Source: a virus
Strand: one strand, 5' to 3'
Length of the DNA stretch: 64,000 nucleotides
Virus record (IMG/VR): IMGVR_UViG_3300029267_006021
Position numbers and translations under genes: made by a program
Notes under the pieces: model-generated
Database searches by the model: none
What the model was told of the DNA's origin: nothing
The model's input: the letters and a program-made list of their open reading frames with translations, nothing else
Shown here: piece after piece, positions 33,223 through 40,738 of the stretch
Position numbering within the stretch: position 1 is the stretch's first letter
Layout of the letters: the number at the start of each line of letters is the position of its first letter

Positions 33223-34471
33223 ACAGTCGAGCAATGGCAAATTTGCCATTGCTTCCCTGCTTACTTTTGATTGCTATGTTAGCAGCCCCATTCACATCAG
33301 CATTGATTAGAGTGCCTTTAGAGGTCCCGAACAAACCTCTATGAATACGTTTACCTAGATAAGTAGTGTGTTTCTCTGGGTACTCTTCATCTAAGAAACT
33401 ACACTTGGATGTGTAAGACTCATCTTGAAAAATTAGTTCTAGACCATAGATTTGGCACTTGTGTTTAAGTTTTTGTTTGAAATTGGCGAATGGTATTTGT
33501 ACAAAGTTTTGATTGTTGATCTTACCTAGTTTGATACTTTGTTTGATCTCACTAGACCAGTCACCAATGATGATAGTGCCTATATCCTTTTGAGCACAAT
33601 ACTTGATAATATAGGAGACCATTTGATTTAGATAGTTATTAATTTGATTCTTACGTTGTTGTGTTAGTCTGATTAGTCTTTTTGAACTCTTTTCTAGTTC
33701 AACTCCTTTCTTCTTTAAAGAGTTCTTGTGCTTGATGTAAACAGTCTTTAACTTTGCGGTTTGTTTGTTCCACCATCTGTTGATTGATTTGAGTTCTCGC
33801 CCATCCAGAATAAACGAACGTCCAGATTGGCAATCCAAACAAGTGGCAAAGTTATCAAGACCACAATCTATACTTAAGAGATTTGATTTATCTAAGTTAA
33901 GATTAGTTTTTGATTCGTCATGTTCGTAAGTGATCGCTAGTTCAAAGTATTGAGCGTTGTTGTGTTGAATTATAGCTACTTGTTTGATTTTGCCTTTAAA
34001 TTGTTTTTTAAATGAAATCTTGATCTTGTAGTTAGTTTTTAGGTTATTTTCTCTACAGACTTGTTTTGATGGGTGAAAATAGAAATAAGTATCTGTAAAA
34101 TTGAAACTCTTCGGTGACAGATAGATATGATAATAACCATCTTTTGGAAGATAATGTGGCATTTTGACTTTACAGTGATAGTCACCTGATTTTTGTTTCT
34201 TCTTTAAAGCGAAGAATGATCTAAAAGCCCAATCTATTCGAAGTTGGATGTGTGCTGCAACATCTGATTTCATCCTTTGTGTTTCTGGTAGTTGTTTTAC
34301 TAAATTATGGCGAGCGTACATACCTAAGAACTCACCATTATTAAAGAAATGTTGTCGCGTTATATAAAGAACTGAATTATAAAAATTTTTAGAATCTTTA
34401 CACATTTGTTTAAGAAATAGATAGTCCTGTTTTGATAATTTCCTAATCTGAATTTTTTGTGTAAGTATCAT
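33095..34471 (-). CDS. tnpB: TnpB RNA-guided endonuclease (TnpB-1)
   Basis: RuvC-I SIDCGLDN; IIIGD with relocated Glu in QDESYTSK; RuvC-III NADVNGAANI; no tnpA nearby. Confidence 0.92.
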   Translation of the reverse strand: MILTQKIQIRKLSKQDYLFLKQMCKDSKNFYNSVLYITRQHFFNNGEFLGMYARHNLVKQLPETQRMKSDVAAHIQLRIDWAFRSFFALKKKQKSGDYHCKVKMPHYLPKDGYYHIYLSPKSFNFTDTYFYFHPSKQVCRENNLKTNYKIKISFKKQFKGKIKQVAIIQHNNAQYFELAITYEHDESKTNLNLDKSNLLSIDCGLDNFATCLDCQSGRSFILDGRELKSINRWWNKQTAKLKTVYIKHKNSLKKKGVELEKSSKRLIRLTQQRKNQINNYLNQMVSYIIKYCAQKDIGTIIIGDWSSEIKQSIKLGKINNQNFVQIPFANFKQKLKHKCQIYGLELIFQDESYTSKCSFLDEEYPEKHTTYLGKRIHRGLFGTSKGTLINADVNGAANIAIKSKQGSNGKFAIARLSSGFTSNPKRIRLPDFERSGVKMSELVAYVANKQKQTSLEVA

Positions 34472-34504
34472 ATCGATTATAATCGATAATTAGTAGAGTA
34501 TTAA

Positions 34505-34577
34505 TGCTCCAGGAGGGATTCGAACCCTCTTCTTCGGATCGAAAGTCCGAGATTTTATCCGATTAAACTACTGGAGC
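34505..34577 (-). tRNA. tRNA-Glu(UUC)
   Basis: TCGGA-CTTTCGA-TCCGA anticodon arm; GCTCCAG acceptor. Confidence 0.93.
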
Positions 34578-34579
34578 AT

Positions 34580-34936
34580 TCATAAAAATGGCTCCTCATC
34601 ATCTAACTCTTCTATTTGTATTCCGCCTTCTCTTAACCATTTGGCAACTATGTGTCTGTGACAAAATTTATCCTTACCTTCATAACACAACAAAATAGCA
34701 TCATTTCCTAGATCTTTAAGTACTTTTGTCGGCACAAAATTACGTTTTTTTATACATTCTAAATAGAGTTTTGTATACTCTTGTTCATTAATTTTACCTG
34801 ATTTTAGATCTTTGACTAACTGCATTGGTGGCCCAAGAAGAGGATAGTACTTACCTTTAAACCATTTTGGTTTTCCAGAAGTAATCGCGACTGCATTTGG
34901 ATTATTTTTACTTTTAGCGAAGTATGATGTTTTCAT
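34580..34936 (-). CDS. DUF488-like protein
   Basis: MKTSYFA...LGP...AILLCYEGKDKFCHRHIVAKWL. Confidence 0.8.
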   Translation of the reverse strand: MKTSYFAKSKNNPNAVAITSGKPKWFKGKYYPLLGPPMQLVKDLKSGKINEQEYTKLYLECIKKRNFVPTKVLKDLGNDAILLCYEGKDKFCHRHIVAKWLREGGIQIEELDDEEPFL

Positions 34937-35193
34937 TTGATCTCGATTTCTACGACTCTTTTAATTGCTTTAATTTCTAATTCTTCAGCCCGAAAAACAC
35001 GGTAATTTTCTAGCGTCCGGCTCTTGTCTTGCTCTAAACGATTTTTAATCCATCTGGAAGCAGCCTCTACATCCCCAAATTCTTTGATACCTTCACCATC
35101 ATCATCCGCATAACCATCTGAATAATGAAGCAGGATGGTACTCATTTTATTTCCTTAAAAAGATGTTGATTATACAATTATTATTTTTACATT

Positions 35194-35225
35194 AAACAAG
35201 ACCAGTAAACAAACTGGTCTTGTTT
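35194..35225. terminator. AAACAAGACCAG/CTGGTCTTGTTT hairpin
   Basis: 12-bp perfect stem downstream of a late operon; repeat of the 31430 hairpin. Confidence 0.75.
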
Positions 35226-35242
35226 GAATTTTATGTTATTAT

Positions 35243-35671
35243 TTAGAGTAGTGAATCCGAAATGATTTGCAATTTGTCTATAATATCTTGAGCGCCTTCC
35301 TTCGGATGGATAAACCACTCTCCCGATTTAAGTTTAGCGATGAGATCAGTTAAAGTTATATTTTTGGTGTTATCGTTCATGTCAGCAAACTCTATCTCTA
35401 TACTCTCACCATTGTCAGTATATCCATAAGCATCTGTATCAAAATGAGCAAAATATCCAGATTCGTAAATAGCCTGATTTGGATCACCCTCCTCTTTTAA
35501 CGCTTCTTGAAAATCGAGATCCTCAAATGTGCCTTTATCAACAAAACTTATGCCTGCAGGAGAACCGATTAGTTCTGCCAGATCGTTAATTAAGTCTGCT
35601 TTTTTTAGTATTTTAAGATCGTTAGCTAACTTTTTGAGTTGCTCTACGTCTGCTTTTCTGATTGGGTTCAT
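35243..35671 (-). CDS. Late acidic protein with LKKLA leader
   Basis: MNPIRKADVEQLKKLANDLKILKKA... Confidence 0.65.
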   Translation of the reverse strand: MNPIRKADVEQLKKLANDLKILKKADLINDLAELIGSPAGISFVDKGTFEDLDFQEALKEEGDPNQAIYESGYFAHFDTDAYGYTDNGESIEIEFADMNDNTKNITLTDLIAKLKSGEWFIHPKEGAQDIIDKLQIISDSLL

Positions 35672-35689
35672 TTTTTTTCTCCAAACTAA

Positions 35690-36505
35690 CTACTCATGGG
35701 GACTTTCAGTAAAAATTTCTGATTCGCGTTCTTTATTAAAAGTTATTATTGGTAAACTTAATTCTGATCTACGTATCTTATTAATCTCTCGAGATAAATT
35801 AGGAGAAACTTTATCCCAAAAATCTGCAGGTGTTTTAGCATTAAACTTTGCATTTAATGCTTCCCAACTAGTCTCCTCCATATTAATATACTCAAGTAAA
35901 GTCTCTTTATTATGATGCACCAAGCCTAAAACCCTATCAATTGCCGAGATCTTTGCGTCTAAATTTGAACCAAGCAGTTTGGGCTTATTTTGTTTAAACA
36001 TATCCCAGGATCTTTTCCATTGTCCTTTATTTTGTTGACCTCTAAAAAAAGGCTTTACATCATCTCTCTTATCCAAAACTTCATATAATTCATCGATTTC
36101 ACTAAACGAAAGATCCAAACTATTCAAATCCAAATCACCACAACCTACAAATTTACTAAGGTCAACATCTTCGGGTTGTTCATAAAGAGGCTTTTCAGAA
36201 TTATAGAGCCTAACTCCAGCTTCTTTGTAGAGTTTTTGGTATAATGAAACACTGCCCCCTAGATCTTCCCAATACTCTAAACTTGGAACTCCATCTCCAC
36301 CTATAAAAGATCTAACTGGATGATGTTGAAAAGTATATAAAAAAACGTCATAAATCTTAAGTGCAAAAGAATTAATTTCAGGCTCGAAGTATTCTTGTGT
36401 AAGGCTGCCTGAGATGGCATAAAAATCATAGATATCCTGATTGGTAATTTTCCCACTAGACACCAAAAGATTCGCTAAACGATAAAGAAGAGAAATTGTT
36501 TTCAT
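35690..36505 (-). CDS. Late hypothetical protein
   Basis: Likely start MKTISLLYRLANLL at 36505. Confidence 0.6.
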   Translation of the reverse strand: MKTISLLYRLANLLVSSGKITNQDIYDFYAISGSLTQEYFEPEINSFALKIYDVFLYTFQHHPVRSFIGGDGVPSLEYWEDLGGSVSLYQKLYKEAGVRLYNSEKPLYEQPEDVDLSKFVGCGDLDLNSLDLSFSEIDELYEVLDKRDDVKPFFRGQQNKGQWKRSWDMFKQNKPKLLGSNLDAKISAIDRVLGLVHHNKETLLEYINMEETSWEALNAKFNAKTPADFWDKVSPNLSREINKIRRSELSLPIITFNKERESEIFTESPHE

Positions 36506-36518
36506 TTTCCCTTCCAAA

Positions 36519-36683
36519 CTATCTTAAGCGGCGTCCAAGACCCCTACCCTGGCCAAGACCTCTCCCATAACCATAACCCCGACCTGGACCATAACTAGGG
36601 CCTCTCCTTCTAACGCATGGGCCTAAACCACGTCCTGTTCCTGGGCCTGTTCCTCGCGGGCCTGTACGATCTCTTGCTGGCAT
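36519..36683 (-). CDS. Small Gly/Arg-rich DUF5320-like protein (54 aa)
   Basis: Missed by the ORF track: MPARDRTGPRGTGPGTGRGLGPCVRRRGPSYGPGRGYGYGRGLGQGRGLGRRLR; AGGAGG SD; late-type box at 36718. Confidence 0.8.
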   Translation of the reverse strand: MPARDRTGPRGTGPGTGRGLGPCVRRRGPSYGPGRGYGYGRGLGQGRGLGRRLR

Positions 36684-36726
36684 TTTGACCTCCTATTTAA
36701 GTGTTTAATAAAAGATTATTAGTAAA

Positions 36727-36863
36727 TTATAGAATGAAAGGTATTTCTAAGTTTTGTTTTGCTTTCTCTAAAGCTTGGTCTAGATTCTTTGATTTCCAGG
36801 GCATTGTATTGCCGAAAGCCTCTCTTAACTTTGATTTTATAAACTTTTCGTTTTCATGAGGTT
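36727..36863 (-). pseudogene. Probable orphaned C-terminus of the 38557-40554 endonuclease
   Basis: Frame PHENEKFIKSKLREAFG...LEIPFIL* with no in-frame start behind the nearby SD; joins in frame to VVRYD across the TnpB-2 cassette. Confidence 0.55.
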
Positions 36864-36953
36864 TTGAACCTCTTGTGAGTCTCCTTGGTATCCTTAACCT
36901 TTGTCATTGAATTCTCCTCCAAAAATAGGAAACATTACAAAACTAACTTTTCT

Positions 36954-37082
36954 ATTATACAAAATGAATACTTAAAAGTTTATTTATTTATCACTTTTTT
37001 ATTAATTAAGACGGGCTTCAGAAATTTCTAAGATCTGGAAATTAGTTTCTACTTTAATTATACAAAATGAATACTAAAAGTT
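36954..37082 (-). repeat. Direct repeat ATTATACAAAATGAATACT(T)AAAAGTT x2, read as tandem sigma70-like promoters
   Basis: Copies at 36954 and 37057; each reads TGTATAAT on the minus strand. Confidence 0.7.
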
Positions 37083-37151
37083 AATATAATTAACGTTCTA
37101 ATAATTTACTAATTGGTTCTTATTTATGAATTAATAAAAGAGATAAAAATA

Positions 37152-38564
37152 ATGTATCTTGCACTTAAATCACAGATCAGAAAACTTAGTAAACAAGACT
37201 ACCTCATCATCAAACAAATGTGTAGAGATTCAAAAGATCTCTACAACAAATCTTTATACGAAGTCAGACAACACTTCTTTAAAACAAGTGGTCATCTCAC
37301 CTACTTCTCAAGATACAAACAGATGAAAAATCTTTCGTCTGTTAAGAGAATGAAGTCAGACTTTAGCATGCATGTACAACAAAGAGTTGATTTTGCCTTC
37401 AAATCATTCCTTGCTCTTGATAAAATGGCAAGAAATGGTGAGTATGATAAGGAAAAAGTAAATATACCACACTATCTACCCAAAGATGGTTATTATAACT
37501 TGTTTATGTCTCCGAAAAGTATTGGTTTTGATAGTGAGTATTTCTATTTTCACCCTACAAGTTATATCTGTAAAGATCTTCTATTGTCTCAGAAATACAA
37601 GATCAAAATACCTTTCACCAAAAAAATAGAAGGTATAATCAAAGAAGTTCAGATCATACCTAAAAATAATGCTCGTTACTTCGAACTCTTAATCACCTAT
37701 GAATATGATGAATCTAAAACTAATCTTAAACTAAATAAAGATAATCTTCTAAGTATCGATCTTGGGCTAGATAACCTTGCCACTTGTCTTGATCTACAGT
37801 CTGGGCGATCATTTATTCTGGATGGTCGAAAACTCAAATCACTTAACAGATGGTGGAACAAAGAGGTGGCAAGGTTAAGAGGCATCTATGAAAAACAAAA
37901 GAATAGTCAAAAGAAGAAAGGAGAGAAAGTTCAGAAAAGTTCTAAACAACTTGATCGGTTGAGTAAGTGGAGAAAGGGCCAGATAGGTAATGCTCTCAAC
38001 CAAATGGTGGCTCATGTTATCAAGTACTGTGCAAGTCATAACATAGGTACTATTGTCATAGGTGACTGGAAAGGCATTAAAGATGGTATTCAGATGAGAC
38101 ATGAAACTAAACAAAACTTTGTCCAGTTACCCTACAACTTGTTCAAACAGAAACTCTACTCCAAATGTCAAATGTTTGGACTTGGCTGTGAGTTTCAAGA
38201 AGAGAGTTATACTTCTAAGTGTAGCTTTCTTGAGCAAGAAAAGATCTGTAAACACAAGAAATATATGGGCAAGAGAATTTATAGAGGCTTGTTCAGAACC
38301 TCTAAAGGCATTCACATCAACTCAGATGTGAATGGTGCAGGTAACATAGGTGTCAAGTTCTTGTTAAATCAAAAACAAAGTCAAGATCTAAAACAACGTA
38401 TGCGAGGAGATCGGGTCATTGATCCGATTGAACTGAGTAGTGGGCTTGCGCTTAGCCCAAAGAGAATAAGGCTACCTGACTTTGAAAAGAGCCAGGTTAA
38501 GATGAGTGAGTTAGTGGCTTTGGTTGCTAATGAACAAAAGCAAACTTCTCTTGAAGTTACTTAG
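37152..38564 (+). CDS. tnpB: TnpB RNA-guided endonuclease (TnpB-2)
   Basis: SIDLGLDN, IVIGD, QEESYTSK, NSDVNGAGNI; clear paralog of TnpB-1; the only long plus-strand gene; ATG at 37152. Confidence 0.92.
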   Translation: MYLALKSQIRKLSKQDYLIIKQMCRDSKDLYNKSLYEVRQHFFKTSGHLTYFSRYKQMKNLSSVKRMKSDFSMHVQQRVDFAFKSFLALDKMARNGEYDKEKVNIPHYLPKDGYYNLFMSPKSIGFDSEYFYFHPTSYICKDLLLSQKYKIKIPFTKKIEGIIKEVQIIPKNNARYFELLITYEYDESKTNLKLNKDNLLSIDLGLDNLATCLDLQSGRSFILDGRKLKSLNRWWNKEVARLRGIYEKQKNSQKKKGEKVQKSSKQLDRLSKWRKGQIGNALNQMVAHVIKYCASHNIGTIVIGDWKGIKDGIQMRHETKQNFVQLPYNLFKQKLYSKCQMFGLGCEFQEESYTSKCSFLEQEKICKHKKYMGKRIYRGLFRTSKGIHINSDVNGAGNIGVKFLLNQKQSQDLKQRMRGDRVIDPIELSSGLALSPKRIRLPDFEKSQVKMSELVALVANEQKQTSLEVT

Positions 38565-38593
38565 GTGACATGGCGTCATATCTAACAACTAAA
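38439..38593 (+). ncRNA. Predicted omegaRNA of TnpB-2 (guide about 38574-38593)
   Basis: Hairpins TGGGCT/AGCCCA, TTAGTGGC/GTTGCTAA and AACTTC/GAAGTT shared with the TnpB-1 copy. Confidence 0.7.
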
Positions 38594-40554
38594 AAGAAGT
38601 AATCTCCATTGATTGCCAATTCTCTTTTAAGATAGTCTCTTTTCTGTGCCTCTTTAAAATGAATAATGTTTTTATGTATGTGATTTGGGAAGACAAAATG
38701 GTGATAGCCGTGATACTCTACAATTAAATTTAATGTTTGAAGATAACCATCATACAGAAACTTGCGACCTGTTTCTGGATTTCGAATTTCATTAAAAGAT
38801 TTTTCCTCTTTATAGGGCTGTCCAGTTATTTTAGAGATTAGTTCGAGGATCTGATGTTGTGTGACAAGATAACGTTTAGGTTTCAAACCTAAATGCTCCA
38901 TTTCCCTTCTAATAATTGGGCAGCAGAGGTTTAAACCTTTAATTGCCTTCGGAACGAAAACATCTCCCTTCTCATCGAGATAGGGCTTGAAATCTTCAAG
39001 ATTGAGGGTGATTAGTTTACTTGGAGGTCCTACCCAATTAGGGTCTGATTTCGTTTCAATTATTTTTTGAGTTCTCTTATATATGCGTAGATCATCAAAT
39101 TTAGTTAAACCCTTGCACCAGGAAGTTTGGCCTTGACGACCTTTAGAGGTTTTCTCTATGCGTGGATCAGTCTCTTTTGTTAATCCTTTAGACCAGCCAC
39201 CACTTTTCTTTTGTTTCTTTCGTATTTTAGATGAGACAAAATAAGAACCAGGGAACATTTTGCAGTAGTCTATTGTGGACATTTTATGTGTTTTAGTGAT
39301 ATGTGTGGCTAAGAATTGGCTTTTAAAATTACAATCGGATAGTTTACAATAGAGGTTACCATCTTTATCTTCCTCTCTAGAAATGCAATCATAACAAATG
39401 TTACCTAAAAGAAAATTTGGATCTTTTTGTTCTTGGCAAATAATGCAAAAATTAGCCTCTTCACATAAAATCTGTTGATCTGCTCTACGTTGTTTCACCT
39501 CCTCTAAACGATGATCAATTATTGCACAATTAGGCAGCTTTCGTTCGATATAGTGTTTAGAATGGTACAGAGATTCATAATCTTCTGTGGTTAAATTATG
39601 GTTGAAGCGTAGGTGATCTTTAAGATTGTTTTTCGTTCTAAATGGAAATCCTGATTTAGTTGTACATCCTGGAACCTTGCATTCTACATAATCTATGCCT
39701 TCTTTTTTATCTTTCCATTCTGCAAGATATTCCTCTTTAGCTATTACTTTTTTGCACTGTGAGCATAATAAAAAATGCTGAGTAGATGATTGATAAAGAG
39801 AAATCTCAAAAGACTTCTGACATCTTTCGCAAATGCCAGTCTTTGTTTTATCGTAGAAATCTGGGGGTCTGGAAGCACTGTCCTTCTGTATAGACTCTAT
39901 GCGTTTTTCTTCCGTTTTTATAGCGATTGTTGGCGAATTATACTTAGAGGTGTAGTCTGAAATTGATATCTTGTGTACACTGGGTAAGTGGCGTCGTAGA
40001 GTCGTCATTCGGTATTCCGAAAAGTGCTTGCCTTCCCTCTTGCATATCTGACACTCTACATAGTCTATGTTAATGCGTTTATCTTCCCATTTCTTAGATT
40101 CTTCTTGATTAAAATAATCTAAATGGGCTTGATCATTCTTTTTAAAAGCCATTCTTTTGATATGATTTGTGAGACCCTTAACATCTCGCACTCTAAGATT
40201 ACATACTGGGCAGAATATCTGTTCTTGTGATTTGTAATCTCTCTTTGATTTACATTTTGGGCATAGAACTTGTTTGAATCTTTTCATCTGAGATAAAGCA
40301 GATACAGTAGTAGAGAAAGTTTGATTACAGATCTGGCAGATGGTTGTTGTTTGTTTAGATGTTTTTTTCTTGCTGTGTTTCTTTCTCCTGGCATCTACAT
40401 CTTCCTTTGGGTATTCTTTTTTAAAGAGAGATGTGACTACACTTATTTCGAGATCAAATTGTTCGGCTACTTTTCCTGCTGAGAGATCTGAGCGAAATAA
40501 ATCTTTGATCGTCTGGTATTCTTCTTTGGTGAGACGGTTAATTGAGTAGCGCAT
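38557..40554 (-). CDS. Multi-zinc-finger protein with C-terminal PD-(D/E)XK/Vsr-like endonuclease, C-terminally truncated
   Basis: Repeated DYVECxxC...H fingers, WSKGLTKETD, FLYDGY...LIVEYHGYHH...RDYLKRELA; last codons (AMSPK) lie in the TnpB-2 end; promoter at 40572-40600. Confidence 0.8.
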   Translation of the reverse strand: MRYSINRLTKEEYQTIKDLFRSDLSAGKVAEQFDLEISVVTSLFKKEYPKEDVDARRKKHSKKKTSKQTTTICQICNQTFSTTVSALSQMKRFKQVLCPKCKSKRDYKSQEQIFCPVCNLRVRDVKGLTNHIKRMAFKKNDQAHLDYFNQEESKKWEDKRINIDYVECQICKREGKHFSEYRMTTLRRHLPSVHKISISDYTSKYNSPTIAIKTEEKRIESIQKDSASRPPDFYDKTKTGICERCQKSFEISLYQSSTQHFLLCSQCKKVIAKEEYLAEWKDKKEGIDYVECKVPGCTTKSGFPFRTKNNLKDHLRFNHNLTTEDYESLYHSKHYIERKLPNCAIIDHRLEEVKQRRADQQILCEEANFCIICQEQKDPNFLLGNICYDCISREEDKDGNLYCKLSDCNFKSQFLATHITKTHKMSTIDYCKMFPGSYFVSSKIRKKQKKSGGWSKGLTKETDPRIEKTSKGRQGQTSWCKGLTKFDDLRIYKRTQKIIETKSDPNWVGPPSKLITLNLEDFKPYLDEKGDVFVPKAIKGLNLCCPIIRREMEHLGLKPKRYLVTQHQILELISKITGQPYKEEKSFNEIRNPETGRKFLYDGYLQTLNLIVEYHGYHHFVFPNHIHKNIIHFKEAQKRDYLKRELAINGDYFFLVVRYDAMSPK

Positions 40555-40670
40555 GTTGACTCCTAATTTAAATTATACAAGAAGCAGTCGACGGGATCAA
40601 GGGATTTGTTAGGTTCAGCGGTTCTAGAGGCGGTTAGCGGAGCTGAACTGAAGAAAATTAGCTCAAAAAA

Positions 40671-40704
40671 ATAAAGGTTTAAATTAAAGAATTTAAACCT
40701 TTAT
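40671..40704. terminator. Hairpin after the sheath gene
   Basis: ATAAAGGTTTAAATT-AAAG-AATTTAAACCTTTAT; T-run follows on the minus strand. Confidence 0.75.
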
Positions 40705-40738
40705 TTAATATCTTTTAATTTTATTTAGTTCAGGTTCA

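Noticed and set aside
33095-38564. Nuclease-dead TnpB (TldR-like), suggested by IGD in place of the RuvC-II Glu
   Set aside because: Both have the alternative Glu in ESYTSK and both Asp residues, matching the rearranged-RuvC active clades.
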